In this document: positions 13,125-26,674 of the stretch, in pieces
Numbering within the stretch: the stretch's first letter is position 1
Layout of the letters: each line of letters starts with the position of its first letter
Assembly: GCA_951406725.2 (NCBI GenBank)
Contig: OX597819.1
Location: 63,240,001-63,304,000, forward strand
Source of the DNA: Octopus vulgaris
Taxonomy: Eukaryota
Direction: 5' to 3'
Length of the DNA: 64,000 nucleotides
The notes under the pieces: model-generated
The model's input: only the letters and a program-made list of their open reading frames with translations
Told to the model about the DNA's origin: nothing
Databases searched by the model: none
Translations under genes and position numbers: made by a program

Positions 13125-15562
13125 GTGTGTGTATCTTAAAAGACATTCACATGTATAAAACACTATTTGCCGATGTGTGATCAGTTAGATATATTCAGGA
13201 ATAATAATGATTATTTGCTCAGATATTAAACAAAAGCTAATATCTACCAATAGAGATAGTGTTGACTGCAAGTAGAGAAGAATTATAAATACGTACATAT
13301 TTACATATTTAAGTAATTCGGTATTCAACAAATGTGACAATTCATTTATAGATCTGGAAAACGTAGCATTATATTTGTTACCAGATAAGCATAGAAAATA
13401 CACACACATATACTGACATAAACACACTTATACTAACATACATGAAGGCATATACATATATATATGCTTACAAATATATATACATACCGTACATACATAC
13501 ATGTATGCATACATACATACACACATATAAATATATACTTGGCGGGTAATGTATATATAACAATACCTACACATAAAAATGTATATGTATGTATAATATG
13601 TATGCATAATAACATATATGAATGTGTATATGTAATATCTATAAAACCATACAGGACTATATATATACATATTCATATACATACATGCGTAGATACGTAC
13701 AAAGAGACATGCAGACACACACGCGCGCGCGCGTTTCATGAATATGATATTAAATAGATTTTGGTGTTACGTGATCAAACAAGGCTGATAAGTAGAATAA
13801 CAAGAATGTTAAATAGAGAAAAGGAGAGAGAGAACGAGAGAGAAAGTGGAGCGGGAGAGGGAGACAGAAGGGGAGCAGGAGAGTGAGAGAGAGAGAGAGG
13901 GGGTGGGGTGGTGAAGAAAGAGATAAAAAAGAAGAAAGGTAGAAATGGTGTGAGAGAGAATAAGTGAATAAAGATACGTAGCTAAAGAGACCGCTGAATA
14001 ACAGGATAGATATTTGGAACATACCAAAAAGACCAAAAATGCTATGGTACACACACACATACACATGTATGTATATATATATATATACATACATATATAT
14101 ATATATATAATATTTATGTATATACATATATATATATGTATGTATAACATCATATATATATATATATATATGTATGTATATATATAAGTCAAAAATATGT
14201 ATGCATACACATACACAAACACACGCACGCACATACCAATAATGTATGTATATACGGAGGCAAGAGAAATCATTAAGAGAGACTCATTGGAAATTCATTC
14301 CGTCATTCATTTATTCTTTGATTCAGTAAAACTTTTATACTTTCATTCATTACCAATTTCAGTTCGTAAATGTAGACACTCACCAAACAGACGAACACAA
14401 AAGACAGAGTTGCACAACAATGGTAAAGCAAAAATATACATGTCTATGTAATAATATCGTATTCGCGTTATATTCATGACTTTTTTTTCTTCCTCCAACG
14501 GTAAATAGAATCTTAAACAATGCATCGTCGTAATCTTTACTGGAACATTCTCGTAAAAATCAAAAGGAACGTTTGTTCAGGTGTCCAGGATAGATAAACG
14601 ACAAAGAATCAATGTTCAATCGCTGTTTGGACACAGCAGGCACCTTATGTTGGTATGTAATTGTACACACACACACACACACACACATAGAGGCACACAC
14701 AGAGACATACACAGATAGAGGCACACACAGACATGCACACACAGACACACACACATACAGATACACACATGTATAGGTAAGAGTAGATATGTATGCATGT
14801 ATATATATATATATGGATATATGTATGTGCGTGTATATACATATATATGTTATATATATATATATATATATAAACACACATTATATACATATATATATAT
14901 ATGCATACATCCATATATAGTTATGTATATATATATGCTTACACATCTGTTGCTCTCTATGAATCCATCAGTCTATTTCGATGCATATATATATGTATGT
15001 GTCAGTCAACATTCCTGTATGTATGTATGTATATATATATATATATATATATACATAGCCATAGGATATGTATATGTATTGAATGCAATTACTTAGAGCT
15101 ATATAATCTTAGTCATAATACAAGAACATTTTTCGTATGCAGCTAAATAAAATATTACATACTTAGATATTCAACATTTGTCGCCATAACAAATTTAGAG
15201 CAGATTAATACATATCACTAATATTTCATCCACAATAAAAAGGAAAATGGGACAAAATATAAAAAAACAATAAAGCATGATAAATTATACATTATAAAGA
15301 AGGAGACAGTATTTCAGCTAGCACTTCTTATGACTTACTTTGTCAGCAAGTTTCAAACTTATAGTCGCTGAGTCAGCAGTAAGTGCACAATGCAGTCTTA
15401 TAAGCATGGCTTGGCTTTCGTTGATCAACGTAATAAACCAATCGAGACAGGAATAGAAAGAAATAAACAAAATAAAAAATAAAAACTCATAGCAGAATAA
15501 CTAGTTTCTTGTATTTAAAATGCGCCCAAAACACGAAATTCTGTGATAAAATCGATGCCCTA

Positions 15563-15748
15563 ACTCTTTTACTTGTTTCAGTCATATGACTGTGGCCATG
15601 CTGGAGCACCGCCATTAGTCGAGTAAATTGACCCCAGGACTTATTTTTTGTAACCCTAGTACTTATTCTATTGTTCTCTTTTGCCGAACCGCTGAGTTAC
15701 GGGAACGTAAACACACCAGCATCGGTTGTCAAGCGATGTTGAGGGGTC
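15563..15748 (-). mobile_element. SINE family A, 3' half
   Basis: Close match to the family A tail and body. Confidence 0.8.
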
Positions 15749-16312
15749 AGAGACTACGCCTATGAATGATTATTTTAGCTTTGCTTCCTTTGTCTTTAAA
15801 GAAATAATCTTTTCTTCTCACGTGTTCTCTTAATGTGGATCATATACATCAGCATATTAAGACCAAAACTATATTTCCTAGACACCACAAACACTTCAGC
15901 GTGGTGTGTAGCTGCCTTTCAGTATCACAATTCTTATGGCCTATTCTATAGCTTCGTTAAAATTTGAAACCATGCTAGTAGCAGCATTTTATTATCGTTG
16001 ACAGTGATGCTCTCCACAACGCAGCAATAAGTTCTCCGTCTAAGAAACTCGCGTTTTGATTGAAATTGATAAAAAGTGGAAAAAATATTTCGTGAAAACT
16101 AAAACTAAACCTAACCTATACTTCGTATTTAATAGAAAAAAAATCATCTTTTAATTGCCACTCATTTTCTTCAAGCTACTGAGCGTAGCGGGCAGTATCA
16201 TGTCTCAGTGTCTCAGCAACTCATTAGAACTGCCGGTTTGGAATATCTTCGAATGATGTGCTGCCTTCTACGCTGGACAAACATTTCTCCATATCCTTAC
16301 TAACAGAAAGAC

Positions 16313-16520
16313 AGCGAGCTGGTAGAGTTGCTTGCGCGCTGTACAAAATACTCAGCGGCATTCTGTCCTAATTTACGTTCTGAGCCCAAATTTCGTCGAG
16401 GTTGACTATGCCATTCATCCTTTAGGGGTCGATGAAAAAAGTACTCGTGTCTATGTAATCGACTATCCCCCTACCACAATTTCAGGTCTTGTGCCTATAA
16501 TAGAAAGGATTTTTATTATT
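16313..16520 (+). mobile_element. SINE family B, alternative tail
   Basis: 'gcgagctggtaga...ttcatcctttaggggtcgat...cttgtgcctataatagaaagg'. Confidence 0.7.
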
Positions 16521-16524
16521 TTGG

Positions 16525-18242
16525 TTTGACTCCCGTTCGATCTTATTCCTAGTAGAGTTTTTGTGGGTAGCAGATTACTACTAGTGACCGTAGGTATCCA
16601 CAAACTTCCAGTAGTCTTTCAAGTGCTTAGGATCCTCTTTCAAATCTCCGCTGTCCATAAAAGACAAACTTTTTGTGGGAGCCCTACCGCGAATTCTATT
16701 TCAATCTCCTTTAGTTATTTGTCTATATCTTTGTTTACTGTATTCCTTTCAAACTGTCCATGCATTCTCATTTCAAGAAAGTCTCCTTTTCTCTTCTCCT
16801 CAGCTCTTTGATTAAACTCCTCCTTGCCCATCATTTCATCTTGAATTACGGCCATATCTTTCGCGGCATATTCCAGCAGGTCTTCATCACTGTTTATCAA
16901 ATACTCTGCGAGCGTTCTCCTTTCAATCCTTATACAATGGTCTCAGTCTTCTGCCACCATCCTTTCTTTTCCCATACAGTCTGTTTATGTTTGCTTTATG
17001 GTATAGCGCCCCAATCAGCGTCATGAACTTTCTCGTCCTTCTCTCCAGTGTTGATATTTCCTCCTTAGTCCATTTGAAAATGAACGCACTACATCTGACA
17101 ACCGAAACTGCCCAGATAATTAAAGTTTTGGCATTCGGGTTTGATTTCAATACCATCTTCTCCCTTTTTGATACGCCTCGCTGACCTTGACTGTCATTTC
17201 TTTGCTTAGAATGTCATGCAGCTCCAAAATCCCTAAATATCTATACCTACTACCGTCGGGTTCACCCACGGTCTCCCCTGATGGTAACCGCAATCCTCTG
17301 CAGGCTGCTTTCTTCCGTCTTTTCATATTTACTGAGCATTTGGTAATCCCAAATTCCATACCGATGTCCCTACACTTCTGGATTGTTTTGATTCAGGAAA
17401 CTATCTGTTTCTCAGAATTCCCAAGCAATTTCAGGTATCCATAAACAGAAGATGGCCTTTCTTCCCACATCGGTAACCCATCTTAACTTTCCTAAGTGTC
17501 ATTGTTATGGGTATTAGTGCAATTACAAAAAGTAACGGAGAAAACGAGTCTGAGGAATACATTACTTGAGTACAATTTGGTTTTCTACTCTTTCATGCTA
17601 TGTATAAGAAAATTTGTGATGTTGTCAGCAACACCAACACCTGCAGGCATTCAACGATCCAAGAATGAGACATCATACCATATGCCTTCTTAAAGTCAAT
17701 CCAAGCCATAGACATGTTTGTGTGATGTTTCTTACAATGTCTGAAAACTGTTTTATCGACGACCAGGTGATTCTTGTTACCCTGAGAACTCTTCCTAAAT
17801 CTTTTTTGTTCCCTTGGTAGTATTTCATCCTGGGCCAAGAAAGTGTATGTCTTTGCCGCACATGTTACAGTGAATATCTTCCAGATTATGTTTAGGTATT
17901 CTATGCGACGGTAGTTTCCCACAATAATCCCCTTTCTTTTATTTTTCATTACAAGTGTTGTTCTCTCAGGCACCAACCATGCGGGGACGGTACCTTTCTG
18001 GACACACTCATTCAATTGGGCTGCTTGTCTTTCATACACCGGGTGGCATCTCTTCAGCCAGAAGCCATGAATCCGGGGGCTTTCCAGTTACGCACTTTAC
18101 TCACATGTTCTTTCACATCCCCCGTGCTTATGACCATATTCCTTTGTTCCTTTCCTACTTTCACTCTTTATACAATTGTCTATACTAATCAGTCCTCTGC
18201 CACCATTCTTTTCAGATACAGTCCGTTTATGTTTGTAGTTAA
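16525..18242 (-). mobile_element. R4/Dong-clade non-LTR retrotransposon, degraded and internally deleted
   Basis: RT motifs NYRRIEYLNIIWK, EQKRFRK, MAWIDFKKAYGMMSHSWIVECL, MEFGITKC, YRYLGILE, RLYGKRKDGGRRL and MHGQF, then terminal QKVCLL. Multiple frameshifts. Confidence 0.85.
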
Positions 18243-18262
18243 CACTACTACTACTCCTACTC

Positions 18263-18355
<93 letters not shown>

Positions 18356-18380
18356 TTGTTATTGTTATTATTATTATTAC
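18243..18380. repeat. Palindromic (TAC)n/(TAG)n microsatellite followed by (TTA)n
   Basis: ...actactacta|gtagtagtag..., centred at ~18309. Confidence 0.95.
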
Positions 18381-18449
18381 TATTTCCATTTATTATCAAA
18401 AAGTATTATTAAATGTTTAGTTTCAGCTTTTGTCTTGTGCTTGATATAA

Positions 18450-18734
18450 TCTTTATATATAAAAGTAAGGTTGTCTGTCTGTCTCCTACGATTTAGATTC
18501 CTCACTACTCCCACATTTTGCGGTGCAGTTTAACCAAAACCGGGTATCTTATAGTCGTAATTCATATCGAGCCCTTCTGGGTATTAGCGCGCGTCTACGG
18601 TTTTAATAATAATTTACCATCATTTTTTTTCCATTTTAATGCCGTTTTTTTGCTATTTTTTGGCTATAACTCTCTAAAAATGCTTTATAGTTATTTCCCT
18701 TACAAACCCGAGCAACGCTGTGCGATACTGCTAG
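18450..18734 (+). mobile_element. Non-autonomous Helitron
   Basis: 5' TC start (a|tctttatatataaaag...gtctgtctgtc), 3' GC-rich hairpin remnant cccgagcaacgctgtgcg followed by CTAG|t. Inserted between A and T with no TSD. Confidence 0.75.
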
Positions 18735-19269
18735 TTATAAATATGTGAGTGTTGAAGGGAATAATAGGAGGAAGAGTAGCAGCTTGGTGAATAGACCAAA
18801 TTCTACAGCTATGTAAATAGATTCGGCAGATGGTGAGGTGGTCAGCAATGGACATTCCTGTGCGGTAAAGAGACAAAAAATTCCTCACACCATTTGGGTC
18901 AGCAGAGGTCAAATGTGTTTACTACTACTAGCGACCAATAAGAGCGGTGACCTTGACCTTCAAAAGAAGCAATTCATCTTGTTCTGTTTTTAGATACTGA
19001 TAGAAAAAAAAAATAATATGTGTATATATACTGATGTTTACATCGTTGAATTTTTGAATTTCTGATTTTTTTTTTGTTTTTCTCTCCTTCCTTTTCTTTT
19101 TATAAGTTTTGCTGTGGTCTACAGTTTTTGTAATCGTGCAGTTTGTATATATTGGCAGGTGGTGCTTACCTCTTTATTGTTTTCTCTCTCATGCATTTGT
19201 GCTGTTGCAATAGAAGGTATGTTTACATATTGAGATAGTTCGGTAGAAAAGAAAAATATAATTTTCAAA

Positions 19270-19630
19270 CAAAATTGTAGATATTAAAGTTTTTAAGTTT
19301 CCAAGAGATGTTCGTTTCTATGTCCAGTTAGATAAGACAGTAGTGGTTTTGCAATTAAAAAGGATGTTTACATTTTCGAATACTCTGGGAGAAAGGAAAG
19401 AAAAGAAAAGGAGAGTAAAATTTTCCCAGAAAGTTGTAGATGTTAAAGTTGTAAAATTTACTAAAGATGGTCTTTTGTATGTTCGATCAGAGAAGACAGT
19501 AGTGTTCTTAGAATAAGAAGGATGTTTACATTTTCGAATACTCAAGGAGAAAGTTCGATAACTGTAGATATGTAAGTTTCTTAACTTATTTTTAGGGAAA
19601 TTTAAAATACTCACAGGAAATTGTAGATCT
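19270..19630. repeat. Degenerate tandem repeat, ~160-bp period
   Basis: 'aagacagtagtg...aaggatgtttacattttcgaatactc' occurs at ~19333 and ~19493. 'tgtagat' unit starts recur at ~19275, 19435, 19563 and 19621. Confidence 0.7.
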
Positions 19631-19819
19631 TCCAGTCTTTGCTTTAATCTGCATGTTTGTTATTATCACTTGCAGAGACACACCCAGCGTCCTAGTGCGA
19701 GCGAAGCATAAGATATGTTACCGTATGACTGAAAGCTTGGGGAGGGGAAGTGGCAGGAGCAGTAACGAAAGATCTTCATTTAAATTGGCAGAAGCAGTTG
19801 CAAATTATCTTCATTTAAA

Positions 19820-20412
19820 TTGATAGGTTTTTTTCTTAGGATGTGGGCAGTACTTCTCAGCACAATCTTTTGGATTGCTCTGAGATGGTTCTCCTGAGAT
19901 ATTATCTAGATGTTTTTGATACCCCTTTCTTATTGCATTTAGGACACCCACAAAAAAGGTACATTTCTCCCTTTTGGATTTCAATTTCCAAGCCCTTATG
20001 TTTAGTTAATTGTTAAATTCTTTTAGATATCTTTCTATCAGTGGAAACATTTACATCAATTAATCTACAAGTATTTTCTTCCCTGTCTTTAATTACTATG
20101 TCTGGTCGATTAGCTTGGATAGTTCTGTCAGTGTTGATTGGAAAATCCCAGAGGATAGTAACATTTTTACTTCCAATGACTGGCTCAGGATGATGTTCAC
20201 ACCAGTAAGCAGGAGTATTGATTTTGTCGTGTTTACACATTTTCCAGTGTAAATACTGTCCTACCCAATCGTGGCGATATTTGTATTCATTTGGTGTCAG
20301 CACAGGACATCCTGAGACGAGATGGTCTGTTTCGTGAATTGTGTCGCAGAATCTGCATTTAGGGTCAGAACCGTTTTGAAGAACGTTAGCTTGGTAGTTT
20401 TTGGTAAGCAAA
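19820..20412 (-). mobile_element. R4/Dong LINE 3' fragment (CCHC finger plus restriction-like endonuclease)
   Basis: KCRFCDTIHETDHLVSGCPVL...RHD...ILWDFPINTDRTIQANRPDIVIKD...LIDV. 5' junction lies in a (TAA)n-like tract. Confidence 0.85.
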
Positions 20413-20452
20413 CATATTATTATTGTTGTTGTTATTATTATTATCATTATTC

Positions 20453-21360
20453 AGTAGTTTTATTTTTATAGCGTGCTTTCACTTCACTACCGAGCGCAGC
20501 TCTGTGTGCCTTGGGTATGTGCTGTGATTTGTTGTGATGCTCTGATGGTTATTGTATGGAAAGTGTTCTGCGTAGGATGTGTGCAGTGCCTAGTAGTGCA
20601 ATTTTCTGTATGTTATATGTGTTTGTAAGTCCTGGTGTTTTTGTTATGTATTTGTCTGAATATTTTTTTATCATGCCTAATGCACCTACTATGATAGGAA
20701 TTGTTTCTGTTTTCAGATTCCACATTCTAGTTACCTCTATTTCCAGGTCTTTGTATTTTGAGAGTTTCTCCATTTCTTTTAGAGACACGTTGTCATCAGC
20801 CGGTATTGATACATCAATTAGAAAGCATTTTTTTCTTCATGGTCTCTGACAACTATATCTGGTCTGTTGGCCTTAATTTCTCTATCTGTGTGTATCGGCA
20901 TATCCCAGAGTATGGTTGCTTTCTCGTTTTCTGTGACCTTTTCTGGTGTGTGCATATATCTTTTTTCTGTTGTTATTCCATAATGTTGCCATATCTTCCA
21001 GTGTATGTAGGTCCTAACTCTGTCGTGTTTGTGAATATAATCCTTCTTAGCCAGGACTGGGCAGCCAGAGATGATATGTTTTATTGTTTCTTGTCCATCT
21101 CCACATATTCTGCAGTTATTTGTTATGTTTCTTTTCATTATATATGTTTGTTAATTTTTGGTGGGGAGTCTTTGGTCTTGTGCTTCATTAAAAAAACCTT
21201 TAGTCTCAGCTTTGAGTCCTGAACTTCTCAACCACTCCTGGGATTTTTCTCTGTCTATTTCTTTAGTTTTTAGTTTAGCCCAGTATTTGCTACGAAGGGG
21301 CTTTTCTTGCCACCGTTTTATCAAGGACCGTTGCTGTTCTAGTTTTAATTTGGATTTCAT
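20453..21360 (-). mobile_element. R4/Dong LINE, 5'-truncated, with 3' UTR
   Basis: WLRSSGLKAET..AQDQ, CRICGDGQETIKHIISGC, RPDIVV, KEMEKLSKYKDLEIEVTRMW, PIIVGALG, QKIALLGTAHILRRTL. TAA-type repeats flank both sides. Confidence 0.9.
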
Positions 21361-21378
21361 TTGTTGTTGTTGTTGTTG

Positions 21379-21427
<49 letters not shown>

Positions 21428-21448
21428 CATCGTTATAATTATGATTCT

Positions 21449-21527
<79 letters not shown>
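21361..21527. repeat. Compound (TTG)n(TTA)n-(TAA)n-(TTA)n microsatellite with strand switches
   Basis: Direct reading. Confidence 0.95.
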
Positions 21528-22307
21528 TTGTTCATTCTCTGAACACAGGTTGGAAACGCCGTCTAGCCCATTATCTGCTTCGGAGGATATATCTGTCATT
21601 TACACACATTATTAAAAAAACTGTTTGCTAGTAATTTAATTTGGTTACTTGGGGAAGAGCATAGAGTAGTGATTCTAACGAATGACATATCAATGACTAC
21701 AAAACCGAATGAGATATCTTTTGAAAGAATAACATCAAATTAAGGACAAATGACTGACAGAGAATAAAACTATCATTCATGCAATAAGAGAGAGTGTGAG
21801 AGAGAGAAAGGCAGACGCTTCAGACACTTATACTTTAACGGCCAAAGACTATAATTTTGCTTCAAATAAAAAATAGGTTTTTTTCCATAAAAAATTATAG
21901 CACTAGTGGCATTGTAAATTAGTCGAAGATATTTGAAATTGGTTGAGTCCTTGTTACAAGTGTACGAAAAAAGATGGCGTTCTTTTGACCAAGGACTATA
22001 TTTCATAATACGCGCGGTACAATATGACATATGTCAATTTTTTTCTTCTTGTGCAAAATATTAGACTGTGAGACGCCAGTGCTGCACACTTAGAGGAAAA
22101 TAAATGCCGTAATATATAAGGAGGCTCCAAAACAAAAGATCAAGTGTACTGTTATTCCTGCGTAGTTCGATCCTGGCTTATTCACATTTACTAAACTCAC
22201 GAATATATTATTACGCTCCACTTTCAAAACATCCCACTTATAATGATGGCTGGTTTAGGCGAGTGACACTCAACATGGGTTTATTGCTAATATGTATGAA
22301 GACCAAA

Positions 22308-23090
22308 AGCGGTGAGCTGGCAGAATCGTTAGCACATCGGAACAAATATTGAGTTGTCCGGAAAGTTCGTGCCGACTTATAGTAGCTTACATTTGGACTT
22401 ATTTTAGAACATGGTTGAGTCCATAAAATGGCATTTGACTACACCTCCATATAGTGCACAGTTTAAGTTATCTTTTCCTGGGAGAAGGTTTATGTTCCTC
22501 TAACCTGTGTTAATTCTGTAACCCTTTAAAATGGAAGATAAGAAAGTTCATTTTCGGCACTTTATGTTTTGGGAACCAGATAAAATTTGCTGGAGCTCGG
22601 CTGGGATGTGTTACCCACCCTCCATATTCACCAGATATTGCTCCTTCGGATTCCCACTTATTCGGGTCTCTGTAGAATAATCTTAATGGTAAAAACTTCG
22701 ATTCCTTTGATGACGTAAAAAGATACCTTGATGAATTCCTTGCCATGAAACCACCTCAATTCTGGGAAGAGGGTATTTTCAAGTTAAAGGAAAGATGGAG
22801 ACACATTGAGCAACAAAATGGTTCACATTTGGTTGATTAAAAATTTAATGGTAATTATTTATTGACCTTTTTCTTTTCTTTGAAAATCGGCACTAACTTT
22901 CCGGACAACCCAATAGTTAGCAGCAATCATTTCGTCCATCTTTACATTCGGAGTTCAAATTCCGCTGCGGTCGACTTTACCTTTCATCCTTTCGGGGTCG
23001 ATTAAAAAATAACATTTGCACACTGCCATCGATGTATTCGACTAGTCCCCTCCCCCAAAATTCCAGGCTTTGTGCCTGTAAGAGAAATTG
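22308..23090 (+). mobile_element. SINE family B interrupted by a mariner element
   Basis: Head at 22308-22348 resumes at 22916 with 'gttagcagc...gagttcaaattccgc...ctttcatcctttcggggtcg'. Confidence 0.8.
22349..22913 (+). mobile_element. Internally deleted mariner element (mellifera/cecropia-like) with TIRs and TA TSD
   Basis: TIRs ttgagttgtccggaaagttcgtgccgactt / aaatcggcactaactttccggacaacccaa, TA at 22347-48 and 22914-15. Start MEDKKVHFRH is joined to HPPYSPDIAPSDSHLF...FWEEGIFKLKERW. Confidence 0.92.
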
Positions 23091-23294
23091 GTATGTATGA
23101 AGAGACTAGACTAGAGCAATGTAAGCTAGTGTGTGTAGAGGAAACATTTGATAAACTCTAAGCTGTTTTTGTGTGCAGCACTTACTAAGGAAAGAATCGT
23201 ACTTATTCTGCTTTTGCTTGTGGATTACTGATTAGTTTTCTTCTGTCTCGGAGCTCAGGAGAAATCGACTGTGTAATGCACAAAATTAAGAGTT

Positions 23295-23435
23295 TTGGGC
23301 ATGATTGAGTATGACCGCAAAAGTTCCGGCATAATGGTGTAGCCAGGTATGAGATACATTCTTTATTGAAAGTGGCATTAAATGGGTCACGTATCTCAAA
23401 CTTTTACGAAACCAAATACTCCCTTAGTTAAAGGA
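23295..23435 (+). mobile_element. Fragment of the same Tc1/mariner family as 25284-26533, opposite orientation
   Basis: 'catgattgagtatgaccgcaaaag...ataatggtgtagcca...gggtcacgtat' is the reverse complement of ~25740-25867. Confidence 0.8.
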
Positions 23436-23864
23436 ACAAGAAAACTTTGAAGAATTATAGTGGAAGCAGGTTGTTGCTCCCCCAGAGCGAAAACACCACG
23501 ATTTCAAGTTATACTCGTAAAGAAACGAAGAATTGAGAGTTAGAGTCCTTCACTAAAATTTCTGTAAGGTAGTTGAGGGAGGTGAACACTACAGATTAAT
23601 AACCACCATCGGTATGTAGATCGTAGAACACAAGTAAGAAAGTATGAGTCTATTTGAAAATAAAGATAATTATTGGAAATATCGGTGTTGCTGATCAGAT
23701 CAAAATGACTGTCCATCTTTGTATGTGCATAATTAATTTCTTCTAGATGTAGCTGATTACTGGTTCTTCATAACCGATTCTATGCAACACCACGGTGTCA
23801 TTGTAATCTCTCTCTACAAATCCGCTCCTCACTCGCATTTCTGGCAAAGCAAAAGTTATTATTT

Positions 23865-24128
<264 letters not shown>

Positions 24129-24832
24129 CCATAAGTGAGTAAAACTATGCACACACATTGGATGTTAGCAAATGTTTTAATAGAATGGTCAAACAAAAAC
24201 ACAAAATGTCCACCAAGACTGATATCTGATAAAGCGTGCGAATTTCAATGCTTGAAGTTATCATGTGATTTCACTTAAAAAATTTTGATTGTTTAGCAAG
24301 CATTATTGTCATTCCAATTATGAATGGAATAATTGATATATTTCATATATGTCACAGTAATTAAATACAATTGTTAAACCGAGTCTGATTCCGAAACATT
24401 GTAGCTCCTTTATACATAAACGTAAATATTATGTCTTTGTTGATTCTCATTTATTTTTTTAAAAAATAAATTGATGGAAAGAAAATATTACTGCAATTTC
24501 TGTCATTTAAAATCATGTCATATCCGATAGATTTTAAGTGTATATTATCCTTCTAAACAACATTTTCGCTGTCAATTGCTACGACTTATTTATGTTGTGG
24601 TATAAAATGATAAAATAATCTATAGGATTTAAGAATTGAAGAATTCAGCAAATATACAATAACAAAGACGTATTTTATTTAAAAATATCATTTTATTATT
24701 TTACTGCTTTCAGTCAAATGTACTGTGGCTAAGTGATGCCAATGCCTTCGAGAAGTTAATCGATTGTAAATAAACCCGAAACTAAATAAAACATGCATAT
24801 AGATACATGCATTTATATATATATATATATAT

Positions 24833-25247
24833 ACTCTTTTACTTGTTTCAGTCATTTGACTGTGGCCATGCTGGGGCACCGCCTTTTAATCGAGCAAATC
24901 GACCCCAGAGCTTATTTTTGTAAGCCTAGTTCTTATTCTATCGGTCTCTTTTGCCGAACCGGTAAGATACGGGGACGTAAACACACCAGCATCGGTTGTC
25001 AAGCTATGTTGGGTGAGGGGACAAACACAGTCGCACAAACACACACACACACACACACGCAGATATATATATATATACATATATACGACGGGCTTCTTTC
25101 AGTTTCCGTCTACCAAATCCACTCACAAGACTTTGGTCGGCCCGAGGCTATAGTAGGAAACACTTCTCCATGATGCCACGCAGTGGGAGTGAACCCGGAA
25201 CCATGTGGTTGGTAAGCCAGTACTTACCACACACCCACTCCTACGCC
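24833..25247 (-). mobile_element. SINE family A, full length
   Basis: Complete head, CORE segment, internal microsatellite and tail. Confidence 0.88.
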
Positions 25248-25283
25248 TATAAATATATGTATATATATATATATATATATATA

Positions 25284-26533
25284 CAGGGCAGGCCAGAATT
25301 CATGATGCACTTGTTAGTTATATTTATTGATATAAGCACACAAATGTACAACGTTAACGAATGCAATGTTTAGTTAAATCGGTTTTCCATTTCATGTTCA
25401 ACTGGGTCTCCTTGTGCTGCAAGACAGGCGTGTAACCGTATGGAAACATTTTCACATGCTTTATAACATGTCTACCGGGATTGTGTTTCATTCTTGGAAA
25501 TTAACTTAAGACGTTCGAGACTGTTCACCTCCTGACGATAGACACGATCTTTTAGATAACCCCACAAAAATATCTGGTGGTGTTAAATCAGGTGAGCAAG
25601 CTGGCCACTCCACAGGCCCTCCCCTCACAATCGAACGATTAGGGAAATTTTTGTTCACCTAGTCAAGAACAGTCGATGGATACTGCGAGGGAGCACCATC
25701 CAGCTTCCACCATAGTTCTCCAAAGTTTTCTCGTGCCTTTAAGTTAGGGAGTATTCGGTTTTGTAAAATTTTGAAATACGTGACCCACTTTATGCCACAA
25801 TAAAGAATGTAACTCACACATGGCTACACCATTATCTCAGGACTTTTGCGGTCATACTCAATCATGATTTGAGTATTTTCTTGACTCCAATACACAGTTA
25901 TGCCAAACAACACTCCCAGAAACTTAAAAATTTGATTCATTAGTTCAGACAACACGTTCTTCCAATGGTGGGTCATCATTCAACTTGTCCAGCCATTCTA
26001 CTGCAAACTGCAAGCCACAATGGGGGTCATCTTCCATTAATTCTTGAATCAAACGAGGGAGATAAGGAAACGGTTTCACAACATGTAGAAAGCGTCTTAA
26101 AGAAGTCCTTGAAACGTTCCGTCTTGATGACTTGCAGTTTTGTGGAGAATTCTCTAGCTCAATTCCTATGCGTCCTTTATTTCCATTTGTTCGAGCAGAT
26201 CTTTGAAAAACTGGTTTCTTTGGGTCCACAACACTACCTGTTTCATCATATAACTTATTAATCCTAGCGACAGTTTTCTCGCAGGTGTCGATGGCCCATA
26301 AATTGCTCCCATTTCTCTGCAGGCTTCAGTGATGTCCGTTTTAGCAAATAATCTCACACATTGAACACGTTTCTCCAAGCTTAGCAAAAGATGTGTCATG
26401 AGGTTAGTAAAATTCTGGGAAAGATAAAAAAAACATGTTACGCATATTAAGAAATAGTATAAAACAATAGCAATAAAATAAGCACATTAAGAAATATAAC
26501 TAACAAGAGAGTCGTGAATTCTGGCCCATCCTT
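25284..26533 (-). mobile_element. IS630/Tc1/mariner DNA transposon (rosa/DD41D-like), degraded transposase
   Basis: ~40-bp imperfect TIRs cagggcaggccagaattcatga..cttgttagttatattt / aaatataactaacaag..tcgtgaattctggcccatcctt with TA flanks. Minus-strand motifs DGAP, WPACSPDLTPPD and WGYLKDRVY. Confidence 0.85.
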
Positions 26534-26674
26534 TATATGTGTGTGTGTATGTGCATGTGCGTGTGAGTGTAAGTGTGCGCGCGCGTGTATGCATGTACAT
26601 ATCTATATATATATCTATCTATCTAACATCATTATCATCGTCATCATAATAATCAATCTCTGGACATTAGTGTC

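Noticed and set aside
18760-19230. Possible host exon or promoter (CCAAT, tgaccttgacct, AG|GTATGT)
   Set aside because: These short motifs are expected by chance, and there is no convincing ORF with paired splice sites.
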